Positions 39,558 through 52,492 of a DNA stretch of 64,000 nt are shown piece by piece. The position numbers and the translations under genes are program-made. The stretch covers positions 19,096,001 to 19,160,000 of the forward strand of contig NC_086108.1 of NCBI RefSeq assembly GCF_963921235.1, written 5' to 3'. Position 1 is the first letter of the stretch, and each line of letters starts with the position of its first letter. The notes under the pieces are model-generated. The model did no database searches and was not told where the DNA came from. It saw only the letters and a list, made by a program, of their open reading frames with translations. Source of the DNA: Mobula hypostoma (taxonomy: Eukaryota).

Positions 39558-40001
39558 CCATCCCTCCCCACTGATCTCCCTCCTGGCACTTATCTGTGTA
39601 AGCGGAACAAGTGCTACACATGCCCTTACACTTCCTCCCTTACCACCATTCAGGGCCCCAAACAGTCCTTCCAGGTGAGGCATCACTTCACCTGTGAGTC
39701 GACTGGGGTGATATACTGCGTCCGGTGCTCCCGATGTGGCCTTTTATATATTGGTGAGACCCGACGCAGACTGGGAGACCGCTTTGCTGAACATCTACGC
39801 TCTGTCCGCCAGAGAAAGCAAGATCTCCCAGTGGCCACACATTTTAATTCCACATCCCATTCCCATTCTGACATGTCTATCCACGGCCTCCTCTACTGTA
39901 AAGATGAAGCCACACTCAGGTTGGAGGAACAACACCTTATATTCCGTCTGGGTAGCCTCCAACCTGATGGCATGAACATTGACTTCTCTAACTTCCGCTA
40001 G
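39558..40001 (+). pseudogene. PLE GIY-YIG endonuclease remnant (right arm)
   Basis: CKRNKCYTC...GVIYCVRCSRCGLLYIGETRRRLGDRFAEH...GMNIDFSNFR*. Confidence 0.9.
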
Positions 40002-40294
40002 GCCCCACCTCCCCCTCGTACCCCATCTGTTACTCATTTTTATGCACACATTCTTTCTCTCACTCTCCTTTTTCTCCCTCTGTCCCTCTGAATATACCTC
40101 TTGCCCATCCTCTGGGTCACCCCCCCCTTGTCTTTCTTCCCGGACCTCCTGTCCCATGATCCTCTCGTATCCCCTTTTGCCTATCACCTGTCCAGCTCTT
40201 GGCTCCATTCCTCCCCCTCCTGTCTTCTCCTATCATTTTGCATCTCCCCCTCCCCCTCCAGCTTTCAAATCCCTTACTCACTCTTCCTTCAGTT

Positions 40295-40330
40295 AGTCCT
40301 GACGAAGGGTCTCGGCCTGAAACGTCGACT
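40295..40330 (+). ncRNA. Minimal type I hammerhead ribozyme motif
   Basis: Stem I agtc/gact, CUGACGA 40299-40305, stem II agg/cct, GAAA 40319-40322, palindromic ACGU stem III, predicted cleavage after C40326. Confidence 0.85.
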
Positions 40331-43300
40331 GCGCCTCTTCCTATAGATGCTGCTTGGCCTGCTGTGTTCACCAGCAACTTTGATGTATGTTGCTTGAATT
40401 TCCAGCATCTGCAGAATTCCTGTTGTTTCCCTTCTTAACTACCTCTTTCTTTAGGAATCACTGCACAAAACACCACCTCAAACTACATTTCCCTTTCACT
40501 CTTAATCTTATGCTTCTTTTGTTGTTTATTTTCACGCAACTTATGTTTAATTGATGCTAATTTAAGTTTATGTTAACTTATATTTGTCTTCTTCATGTGC
40601 TGTGCTGTTGCTGCACAAAGCTAATTTTCATGACATTTATATCCTGGGTATATATGTCCATGACAACAATAAATTTAAACTTAAACACACTCCAATCACT
40701 GCTTCACTACACTTCTTAGAATCTATTTATTGTGTAACTCTATTCCCTGGCCTCGTTCAATTTCTCCAAAGGAATCACCTCTCATGACTTCAAACTGAAT
40801 ACCATTTGCCTGTGTGGTGTCACTTGATACCATTTGCTTGTGTAATGTCACTTGAGTCCTCTTTTGATATTTTCCTATTGCCTTACACTTTCTTCTTTAC
40901 TATCAATTACACTGCCATTTTAGTCTTTACAGGAACTTTATCATGGGACCTAGCATTGAAGTCATGTCATTAGTAAATACTAGGCAAAGCAAAAGGCCTA
41001 TTACTGATACCCTATCACAAACAACCCCTTCCTCCATCTAGTACCCTCCTGTTGGCTGCTATCTGTCAGTAGTCGTCAAGCCTACTGAAATCTTCCAGTC
41101 AAACTTCAACTTCGGTGCAGAGAAGAATGGCACTGTGTCAGGTCAGTTGTAACTAACTCCTACTCATCAGTAAGCAAGAAAATGCAGATTCAGCAGCTCT
41201 GAAATAAAGAGGCAATGCTGGAAACACTCAGCAGGTCAGGCAGGAGGTGTGGAAAGAGAAACAGGCGTAAAATTTCAAGTCTTTATCTCACGTCGGCTGC
41301 CTGGCCTATGGAGTATCTCTACCATTTTCTATTTTTATTCTGGTGTTATATCCCGTCTTAGGTAGCCACCTCTGTTAGTGCAAGATGTACACTGAATCTG
41401 GAAGTCATGGCGCAAATCAGTTGAGGTGAGGTTTACTGCATGCATGGAAAGTCCTTGGATACCCAAAAAGACATTGCTGATAATATTTTTAAAAGCAAAC
41501 TAATAAAACTGCAGATACTAGAACTCAAAACAAATCAAAACTGCTGGAAGAAGTCAGCCCATCAAGCAGCATCTGTGTAAGGAGAAAGCAATGAATGTTT
41601 CTGGTCAGGGCACCTCCCAACATTTTCTGTTTTTGTTTCTTAATGGCAAAGGACAACTCCTCTTGATTTCTGGAATGTTCTGCCAGTATTGCCAAGCTTT
41701 CCGTAATTATTATAAATTCCGATTTTGTTTAACCCTGTTTTTGTCTTGGGCTTTCCTTATCTATTTGACCTTAAATCAGTCAGGGCCACGTCTAACACCA
41801 GTTGCCCAAGGGGCAGTAATTAGGCCTCAAATTGTCTGATATATCCTACGACAATCGATGTCTTATTTCAATGGTCTGAACCATCACACATCTGGTTAAC
41901 AGGTTTCAATGGTAAGAGAACTGAAATTTATAGCTGGCCCCCTGCAGCTGCCCTCGCAACCCATGGGATAATGTTAACTCAATACTCCCTTTGGTTCATA
42001 GGTTGTTAAGATACCAAGGGCCATTTGAAGCTGACAGAACCTCTCTGCTGATGTGCTAAACCATTTATTCAGAGGAGTGCACACTGTTCCTTCCACAAGT
42101 TTTCAGAACTAGTCTTTGCCAATAAACAGAGCACAACCTTCCTGCAGGCGGTGCAGAGAGAAACTCTGCCAAACATGCAATGCCCTCGACAACTGCAGAA
42201 GCCAAAAGGCGCCTTGCAGGAGGCAAAAAAGAATGTGCTGGCTGCACTGGCCGAGAGTCAGCAGATTGGGAATGACCAGCCTGGAGCCAGACTTCAGCCA
42301 AAGATTATACATATGTTTACTTGGAAAGGAATAACTCGTATTTATATTGCACCTTTCAAACCCCAACATATCCCAAACCACACCATAGTTCGCTAGGGAT
42401 TTATTTTGCAGTCACTGGAGCCAACTTGCACAAGTAACATCACACAAAGAGCATCAAACATCTGAAAAGATCCTCTATTTTACCAATGATAATCTCAAAG
42501 TCAATGTCAAGTTTATTGTCACCTGCACAAGTACATGTATGCACAGGTGCAGTGAAAATCTTACTTGCAACAGCATTATAAGCACATACCATCAGAAACA
42601 TAATATTCACAAGAAAAACATCAACTATCTGAAATTATGCAAGAAAGAACACAACTAAAGTATAAAAATCCCATTGCACTGCCAAGTGACCAAACAAGTC
42701 AGAGTGATTAGTTGGTTCAAGAACTGAATGGTTGAAGGGAAGTAGCTGTCCTTGAATTTGGTGGGGTGGGATCTACTAAATGTGTTTCTCTTCTGGTAGA
42801 TGCTGCCTGATCTGCTAATTATCTCCTACCTATTCTATTTTTATATTAAACTTCCTGTTTCTGTCAGTTTTGTTTCCCAACCTGCTTTACAGAGGGTGAC
42901 GGAGGAGTAAATTGTGAACTGGACTGCTTGCCCCTCTCCCAGTCATGCATGAATTACTTCATTCTGGCTGGAAGGATAAATGGGATTTCATTTAATATCT
43001 CAGCAAAGGGAGAGCACCTTGCACAGTCAGATATTCCAATACTTCACCAGGGTATTGTTTTAGACTAACATGAATTAGATCCTCAAATTTCTCAACCCTG
43101 AGTTGCACCTAGAAGCTCCTGGTTCGGAAGTGAGAGCACTACCACTCACCCATTGCTATCACATTTGGACGTGCACAGTGAAATAAACAGATGTTGGAAC
43201 TGCTATAGGGATTGCCACAGGCAGACATGCGGATGCCCACAAAGACAGTGACAGGACAACATATGGATAGTTGGAGGTATAATTCTAAATCTCTTCTCTG

Positions 43301-43568
43301 GCACAGCCTCAGTGAATTTATTCAGTGAACTGTTGAACCATATAGACAGGGTGCAAAGCAGATGATTATTGCCGAGGGGTGAGGCTTCATAGGCTTGAGA
43401 GAAGCAGACAGCATCCCTGCTGCTAACGGCTAGCCAAGGGGCTCCACTAGAACGATTTGTTGGGTCAATGGTTGATGAGAGCAAAGAGTTCCCATTCACC
43501 ACAGGGATTTATCACTCTGGGGAGAAACCAACAGAGGCTGGTGCCACTGGAATCTACACCAGTAATAT

Positions 43569-44615
43569 AGAAACATAGAAACATAGAAAATACGTGCAGG
43601 AGTAGGCCATTCGGCCCTTCGAGCCTGCACCGCCATTTATTATGATCAGGGCTGATCATCCAACTCAGAACCCTGCCCCAGCCTTCCCTCCATACCCCCT
43701 GATCCCCGTAGCCACAAGGGCCATATCTAACTCCCTCTTAAATATAGCCAATGAACTGGCCTCAACTGTTTCCTGTGGCAGAGAATTCCACACATTCACC
43801 ACTCTCTGTGTGAAGAAGTTTTTCCTAATCTCGGTCCTAAAAGGCTTCCCCTTTATCCCCAAACTGTGACCCCTCGTTCTGGACTTCCCCAACATCGGGA
43901 ACAATCTTCCTGCATCTAGCCTGTCCAATCCCTTTAGGATTTTATACATTTCAATCAGATCCCCCCTCAATCTTCTAAATTCCAACGAGTACAAGCCCAG
44001 TTCATCCAGTCTTTCTTCATATGAAAGTCCTGCCATCCCAGGAATCAATCTGGTGAACCTTCTTTGTACTCCCTCTATGGCAAGGATGTCTTTCCTCAGA
44101 TTAGGGGACCAAAACTGCACACAATACTCCAGGTGTGGTCTCACCAAGGCCTTGTACAACTGCAGTAGTACCTCCCTGCTCCTGTACTCGAATCCTCTCG
44201 CTATAAATGCCAGCATACCATTCACCTTTTTCACCGCCTGCTGTACCTGCATGCCCACTTTCAATGACTGGTGTATAATGACACCCAGGTCTCGTTGCAC
44301 CTCCCCTTTTCCTAATCGGCCACCATTCAGATAATAATCTGTTTTCCTATTTTTGCCACCAAAGTGGATAACTTCACATTTATCCACATTAAATTGCATC
44401 TGCCATGAATTTGCCCACTCACCCAACCTATCCAAGTCACTCTGCATCCTCTTAGCATCCTCCTCACAGCTAACACTGCCACCCAGCTTCGTGTCATCCG
44501 CAAACTTGGAGATGCTGCATTTAATTCCCTCATCCAAGTCATTAATATATATTGTAAACAACTGGGGTCCCAGCACTGAGCCTTGCGGTACCCCACTAGT
44601 CACCGCCTGCCATTC
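43569..44615 (-). mobile_element. Young 5'-truncated CR1 with uninterrupted RT C-terminal frame
   Basis: Open frame from GVPQGSVLGP and KFADDT to the stop at 43665; (AGAAACAT)n tail; taatat at 43563-43568 and 44616-44621. Confidence 0.93.
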
Positions 44616-44694
44616 TAATATGTTCAGAACAGAAAGGCATTGCAGTAAATCTTGTGAAAGGAGGGAACAATCTACAGGTGGGGAAACCTTTGCA

Positions 44695-44810
44695 CGTGTA
44701 CATGTCGACACACATGCACAGTTTCATGCACATTTATGCACACATCACACACACCTATACATACATGCACACACACACAGGCATACCACATATGTGCACA
44801 CACACATAAA
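44695..44810. repeat. Degenerate CA/CAT-rich microsatellite
   Basis: cacacatgcaca...gcacacacacat runs, followed by a pyrimidine-rich tract. Confidence 0.65.
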
Positions 44811-45800
44811 CTCTTGTCAACATTTTCATCGTCATCTCTGTTGTCTTCCACTCACCTAACATCCTCCCTCAGTTTCACTCCCCCCTCCACCTCATTTGGC
44901 TCTTTCCCAGTTGTTCAGCCGTCCTCATTACCATCTCCTTTACTCAGCCTCCCTGATCAACTCATCTTCCCTCAAGCCCTTGTACAGCTCCCGCTCCTTC
45001 GTATAACCTCTCACTCAACTCCTTCTCCCCTTATGCAAACCCCTCTCTCAGCTGCCTTTCAAATCAAGTGAAGTCGAAGTTATTGTCATATGCAAAAGCA
45101 CAGAGAGGTACAGGCGCAGTGAAAAACCTGCTTGCAGCCATGTCACAGGAACATAGGTGCAGACAACACACAGAATAAAAATTATGTTAGAGAGTAAAGA
45201 GAGAATAATCAGGACTGCACACAAGTCAATGGCTGTGTAAGAGATGGGCCTCAGCACTTCATTGTTGAGGTAGGATTCTCGTCGAAACTCATTTTATTCC
45301 ACCTTAACCTTCCATCTTCATACCCTCCCTGCCCTTTGACACCACCTCTCTGAGCACCCTGTTCCTTCACCCACCCCCGTTCTGCTCCCTGCCATTCACT
45401 CACCCATCTTACTCCATCATCTTCACCCATCCCTTCACTCTTAGCTCCTTCTACCTTTCTTCATTCCCTCCACCACAACACATACGGAGAATCATGCAAA
45501 CACAGTTTCATTTGCACATCTCAGCAAACACGAGTCAGAAGCCACGCACACAGATACATATATACATAGGCTTATACATGAGCAGACCCAAGCAAACACA
45601 TATAGATTCACGCATGGGCTTCCACAAACAGAGGATGTGTCCAGAAGGGCCAGCCCAATCAAGATAAGTAGAAACAGGTAGCTCAGCAGCAGAAAATGTC
45701 AAATGCAGACAGACAGGTAGACTAATAGATGAGAGGCCAATGAGCACAAACATAGGGAACAGCAGTGTACAGTCTGAGAGTAAACCCCCCCTCAGAAATC

Positions 45801-45820
45801 CACACACACACACACACACA
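45801..45820. repeat. (CA)10 microsatellite
   Basis: Perfect dinucleotide run. Confidence 0.95.
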
Positions 45821-47194
45821 CTGGGAAAGGAGGAGAGGGAGCAGGAGATCCAGAAAATAGAGGACAGATAAATGTCAAATAAGCCATCTTGAATTTCAAA
45901 ACTTCAAATTTCAATAAAAATACTCGTCTGTATTTGTAAAAAATGCTAAAGGCACAAAATCTCAAATTTTGCTGAACAATACTTGCATCTGCAAATGCAC
46001 AGAGAATTATGTTTTCTTTCTGAAGAATTATACTAGTAATCAGAAGTACAAACAACACAAAATTTACTTCTCCATACATAAAAATCTATCCAAACTGCAG
46101 AGTCTGTCCAGTCAGTTTCAGTGGAAATAGACTCCTGTGTCGGCAAAGGCTCCTCGACCAATTCTGCGCTGACAGCATAGACGAATTGCTGTCCAGAGGT
46201 TTGTCCTGGATTATTAACCCGCTGCTGGCTACAGAACTCCAGGGCAGGTGATTAAAGCCACTTTAGAAACACATCAGCTCATGTTACACACATTGGCAAA
46301 ATCCCAGCAGGCAAGAGATAAGCAGATAAATGACAGGCCGCCGTCATCAGGACACAAACCAGGGTAAGGCTCAGGGTTTTTTCACCAAAATGTTTCCATA
46401 TAGCTGTCCCCTGCTGGGCTACTAACATACCCTGCCGGAGGTGAACTCAATCTGACTGATGGATTCCCAAAGACTACCCAGCTCAATCACATACAAAAGC
46501 TGGGTCCCCACAACAAGAACCCCTGCCAGGGAGAATAGTCTTCCCTGTTCCTTTGACAATGCAGCCATTTGTTGTAAACCTTCCTGTTGACAAGATTGCA
46601 GCCTTGTAAAGGTCGGTGAGTGGATTGTTTCAGTCTATGCTCTGCACGAGGTGCTTTGAACCTGAGATTGCACCCCCCCCCCTTGCAGGAACAGGAAATT
46701 GACTAGTGGTGCAAGTCTCCTAGCCAAGCTTTATCTCCCATTCATCTGGATTGTCCATTTATAGCCTTGTCCAGAAATGCAGGTTTATAAAAATCCCTGT
46801 GAATTCCCAGAGCCACTATTTTCCCAAACAAAAAGTCAACAAGACGCAATAGGTTATCAATCAGCTCTGTAATGGTAAAAGGAGGAGGACAATGAAGTAC
46901 TATTAAAGCTGAGAACCTCTTGAAAAAGGGTTGGTAATTCCAATCAACCACGCATCCTACCTCGCCCATATATATATATACACTGACTCATCACCATCTG
47001 TTATACGTCCAAAAACAGTGGTATTGTTGGCAAATTTCTATATGGCACTGGAACTGTGCTTAGCCACAGTCACGTACGTATATCAACCAGAGCACAAGGC
47101 TCAGCACACAGCAGTAAGGTACACCTGTTTTGATGGTCAGCAGGGAGACGATGTTAGCAATCCTCACAGATTATGTTTGGGTGTAAAGATTAGC

Positions 47195-47510
47195 TCAATG
47201 ACTTACAGTACTAGTGACTCAGGTTCAATTCCCGCTGCTGCCTGTAAGGAGTTTGTACATTCTCCCATGACCACGTGGGTTTCTTCCAGCTGCTCCAGTT
47301 CCCTCCCACAGTTCAAGGACATACCGGTCGGTAAGTTAATTGGTCATTGTAAATTATCCCATCATTAGGCTAAGGCTAAATCGAGCGTTGCTGGGCAGCG
47401 GGCCTCGAAGGACCAGAAAGGCTTTATCTTGTATAATGCTGTATGTTGTATATCTTATATTGTATACCTTATCTTGTATAAATGCTGTATCTCAATAAAA
47501 TAAAATAAAA
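47195..47510 (+). mobile_element. V-type SINE
   Basis: ggttcaattccc B box; same body and tail as 26832-27115. Confidence 0.75.
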
Positions 47511-48969
47511 ATGATTTCCACTACAGGAGATGCAGAAGATGCCTGCAGCCCTGAGCAATTACATCCCCGTCCACCCCACTGGTCTCCCAGCTGCCCATTC
47601 ATATACACAGGCTGTATCTAAATCAGGCATTCTTAACCTGGGAGAACCTGTGCTCCATTCTAGGTTATGCACAACTAATTTGAGAACTAACCCATCAGAA
47701 GGCAGATCTGTTATTTAGGAATTTAACAGGGTGGATCACAATTATTTTTCAGAATGCTGTGTAGATTCAGATTTAGGCTACATTTTGCAACTTTTGTATG
47801 TGGGCACAGAATGTAGTTAAAGTTTACAGAGCCCTAACTGTAGCCCTTCACATTGAGACAGGAGTGCATCAGGAATGGCCCAACCAGGCAGCTGTATTCC
47901 ATCCACATAGACCATCCAGAAGGATTTATAGGATTGGAGGCAGACATGCTTCCAATGTTCACAGATCCTGAGGCTCTTTTCCACTGTGGTAATCCTAATT
48001 TGGAGAAATGATCTGATTGTCAGTAGCTCCCTCTGGGAATTGAAAGAGGACGCAAAGAAAAATGGCTTCACACATCAAGAAGCACATGGCAAAATCTAAG
48101 TATTCACACACAATATCATTCCTTTTTCAGAAGGAGCCAGGAAACTTCATTTTTGCTGAGATGAGATGGACTGCAAGAGATTTGAGAAAGGGCTGTTTCA
48201 CCCAGAGGGGGTGGTTGGAATCTGGAATGCACTGGCTGAAGGGGTGGAGAAAGAGACTTTCACAGCACTTGAATCCCCAACATATAGTGGGCTATGGACC
48301 AAGTGCTGGAAGATATGGGATTAGTACAAATGGTCAGCACAGATTTACCGCAGGTGGCCCAAACAGCCTATTTTTATGATGAACTACTCTATGAGTCTCT
48401 GCCCTTTGGAACTGCATCTAATGAACCATGTTACAGCACTGAAAGGCTTTGAATGCCACTTTAGATTTTCCCATAGTTCAGGTGAAGCATGGATTGAACA
48501 TGCAGAAAGGACGAAACACACACAAAATGCAGGAGAAACTCTGCAGGCTGGGAAGCATCAGGCTGTTTATATCAACTGTTTATTTCTCTCTCTAGATGCT
48601 GCCTGACCTGTTGAGTTCCTCCAGCACCTATTTGTGTGTGTTGCTCAAGATTTCCAATATCTGCAGAATCTCTTGTCTCTCAGATTATGATTTTCGCTAG
48701 AAAAGCCTGAAGGGAAGAAAATAATCCTTTTCTTTGTGTTTGCCTCAGGGCAATTTGGCAGACAATATGATAAAAGTTTTTCCAGGTAATCAGGGAGACC
48801 AGACATTGTAAGAGTTGGTTAAACTTGTTGAATAGCATAAAAGTCCCAACCATGATCCCATTGTTCAATTATACAAGTTTAACCAGTAGTGTCAGCATCC
48901 ACACAAAAGTGTCACAGGATCTTTGCCAAATTGGAGACAGATTGCTGATCGCTGTAAATGTACACAGAG

Positions 48970-50118
48970 CATAGAACCATAGAAACTACAGCACAGAAAC
49001 AGGCCTTTTGGCCCTTCTTGGCTGTGCCAAACCATTTTCTGCCTAGTCCTACTGACCTGCACACGGACCATATCCCTCCATACACCTCCCATCCATGTAT
49101 CTGTCCAATTTATTCTTAAATATTAAAAAAGAACCCACATTTACCACCTCGTCTGGCAGCTCATTCCATACTCCCACCACTCTCTGTGTGAAGAAGCCCC
49201 CCTAATGTTCCCTTTAAACTTTTCCCCTGTCACCCTAAACCCATGTCCTCCGGTTTTTTTCTCCCCTTGCCTTAGCGGAAAAAGCCTGCTTGCATTCACT
49301 CTATCTATACCCATCATAATTTTATATACCTCTATCAAATCTCCCCTCATTCTTCTACGCTCCAGGGATTAAAGTCCCAACCTATTCAACCTTTCTCTGT
49401 AACTGAGTTTCTCAAGTCCCGGCAACATCCTTGTAAACCTTCTCTGCACTCTTTCAACCTTATTTATATCCTTCCTGTAATTTGGTGACCAAAACTGAAC
49501 ACAATACTCCAGATTCGGCCTCACCAATGCCTTATACAACCTCATCATAACATTCCAGCTCTTATACTCAATAATTTGATTAATAAAGGCCAATGTACCA
49601 AAAGCTGTCTTTATGACCCTATCTACCTGTGACGCCACTTTCAGGGAATTTTGTATCTGTATTCCCAGATCCCTCTGTTCCACTGGACTCCTCAGTGCCT
49701 TACCATTAACCCTGTATGTTCTACCTTGGTTTGTCCTTCCAACGTGCAATACCTCACACTTGTCAGTATTAAACTCCATCTGCCATTTTTTAACCCATTT
49801 TTCCAGCTGGTCCAAGTCCCTCTGCAGGCTCTGAAAACCTTCCTCACTGTCTACTACACCTCCAATCTTTGTATCATCAGCAAACTTGCTGATCCAATTT
49901 ACCACATTATCATCCAGATCATTGATATAGATGACAAATAACAATGGACCCAGCACTGATCCCTGTGGCACACCACTAGTCACAGGCCTCCACTCAGAGA
50001 AGCAATTCTCTACCACCACTCTCTGGCTTCTTCCATCGAGCCAATGTCTAATCCAATTTACCACCTCTCCATGTATACCTAGCGACTGAATTTTCCTAAC
50101 TAACCTCCCATGTGGGAG
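48970..50118 (-). mobile_element. CR1 3' fragment
   Basis: 231 aa frame with GVPQGSVLGPLLF, KFADDT, LVRPNLEYCVQFWSP. Confidence 0.92.
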
Positions 50119-50934
50119 GGGTCATACAGCATGAAGAGCTTGCAAAATATGTTCTCAAAGAAAGCTACTCACTCTGAACTTTAAGATCAAGTGATATGAG
50201 AGTCATGGAGTCATACAGTACAGAAACAGGCCTTTTGACCCAGTATGCTGATCATCAGGCACCCACCTACACTAACCCTACACCAGTCCTACTTTCATCT
50301 CCCCACCTTCTCATCAACTCTCCCTACATTCCATCACTCATCCTCTCACTAGGGGCCAGTTGGGGATATGGGGGAAATCCCACCCAGTCACAAGAGAACA
50401 TGCAAACTCCACACAGACAGTACTAGAGGATGGTGTTGAAAAGATCTGAAATAAGATCAGAGGTAAAGTTTGAGGTCAGAGGTAAAGTCTGAGGTCAGGA
50501 ATAAACCAGAGTTGCTGGAGCTGAGAAACTGCACCTCTACCAACTGCGCCACTGTGCCTCCCTAATATCTCTGTGCAGTTGAGAAAGCAATTGAGCAAGT
50601 GAGAGAAATGCAGAAGCATTCTGCAGAGTCTAAGCTTTGCCACATCACTGGAAAGAGGGACACACATGAAGGACAAATGTTACGATTGCAGAATGCATAT
50701 CAACCAAATGAACACACAGACAAAAGTGCTGTTTGCCATAGCTTTGGCAGCAAGAGCCACTTGTTAACAGTTTGGTTGTAAGTAAAGGAAGACTGGGTGA
50801 AGTGAAAATAACCAAGCAGTAGGAAGCCTCTCGAGAAGTATCATAAAGAGCAAGGTGAAGACACCGGTGACCACACTGACCATATCAGCTGTTTACACTA
50901 AACGAGAATTCTACTTAACCTTTCTTTGCATCAC

Positions 50935-51284
50935 AGAGTCATAGAGTAACACAGCAAGGCAACAGATCTTTGTCCAACTCATCCATGCCCCTCATGGTGC
51001 CCGCCAAGCTAGTCCTATTTGCCTGCATTTGGCTCGTGTCCCGAGTCTTAACCCTTTCCATCCCTGAACTTATCCAAATGTCTTGTAAATGTTGCTATTG
51101 TACCTGCCTCAATCACTTCCTCTGGCAGCTCATTCCACATACACACCGCCCTCTTCATGAAGACGTTGCCCTTCATGTCCCTTTTAAACTTTCCACCTCT
51201 CACCTTAAACCTATACCATCTATCTTTACTTCCCTTCCCTAGGAAAAAGGCTATGTACATTCACCCTACCTATATCCCTCATGG
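50935..51284 (-). mobile_element. CR1 3' tail
   Basis: WNELPEEVIEAGTIATFTRHLD. Confidence 0.7.
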
Positions 51285-52492
51285 CAGAAGAAAGTAAATT
51301 AGAGGCCAGTTAGCCTGACTTCAGTGGTTGGGAAGACATTGGCATCAATTATTAAGGTTGAGGCTTCAGGGTACTTGGAGGTACATGATAAAATAGGCCA
51401 AAGTCAGCATGGTTTCCTTAAAGGGAAATCTTGCCTGACAAATCTGTTCAAATTCTTTGAGGAAATAACAGGCAAGATAGACAAAGGAGAGTCAGTGGAT
51501 GTTGTTTACTTGGATTTTCAGAAGGCCTTTGACAAGGTGGTTCATGTGTGGTTGCTTAACAACAGCCTATGGTATTACAGGAAAGACACTAGCATGGATA
51601 GAAGATTGGTTGACTGAGAAGTGGGAATAAAGGGAAACTTTACTAGTTGGCTGCCAGTGAGGAGTAGTGTTCCACAGAATATGGTATTGGGACCTCTCCT
51701 TTGCACATTATACATCAATGGCTTGGATGATGGCCCGGTTTGTGGACGATACAAAAATAGGTGGAGGGGCAGATAATGTTGCTGAAGCAGGGAATCGGCA
51801 GAAGGGCTTAGACAGATTAGGAGAGTGGACAAAGAAGTGGCAGATGGAATATAGTGCAGGGAAAAGCATAGCAATCTAAGTGGAGAGAAAATTCAAAAAT
51901 CAGAGGTGCAAAAGTACTTGGGAGTCCTTGTGCAGGATTTTCTAAAGGTTAACTTGCAGGTTTAGTTGGTGGTAAGGAAGGCAAATACAATGTCAGCATT
52001 CATTTCCAAAGGACTAGAATATAAGAGCAAGGCTGTAATGCAGAGGCTTTATAAGATATTAGTCAGACCACACTTGGGGTACTGAGAGTAGTTTTGGGGT
52101 CCTTAGCTAAGAAAAGATGTGCTGGCATTGGAGAGGGTCCAAACGAACTTCACAAGAATGATTCCAAGAACGAAAGGGTTAAGATACGAGATGTTTCCTA
52201 TAGTGGAGAGTCTAGGACCAGAGGGCACAAGCTCAGAATAGAGGGACATCCTTTCAGAACACAAATGAGGAGGAATTTCTTCAGCCACAAGGTTCATTGC
52301 CACAGTCAGCTGTGGAGTCCGCATTGGGGATATTTAAAGCAGAAGTCAATAGCATCTTGATTAGTCAGGGTATCAAAGGTTACAGAGAGAAGGCTAGAGT
52401 ATGGGGTTGAGAGGGCTAATAAATCAGCCATGATGGAGCAAGCTTAATAGGCTAAATGGCCTAAATCTGCTCCTATGTCTTATAGTTTTATA
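51285..52492 (+). mobile_element. CR1 fragment, degraded
   Basis: SQHGFLKGKSCLTNL, YLDFQKAFDKV; same family as 17581. Confidence 0.88.

Larger units (their letters stand above)
38274..40426. mobile_element. Penelope-like element (Neptune-type), inverted palindromic insertion
   Basis: 15 bp TSD ttcccttcttaacta (38259-38273, 40427-40441); arms about 38275-39122 and 39547-40392; GIY-YIG ORF and a hammerhead in each arm. Confidence 0.93.

Noticed and set aside
38667..39686. 339 aa ORF as a novel gene
   Set aside because: Chimeric frame crossing the inversion junction; only the C-terminal part is real PLE endonuclease.
42137..42396. GC-rich stretch with several open frames as a possible exon
   Set aside because: Acceptor-like site present, but no convincing donor and no recognisable protein motif.
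43665..44711. 348 aa ORF as a functional RT gene
   Set aside because: 5'-truncated CR1; the N-terminal residues come from flanking DNA and early RT motifs are missing.
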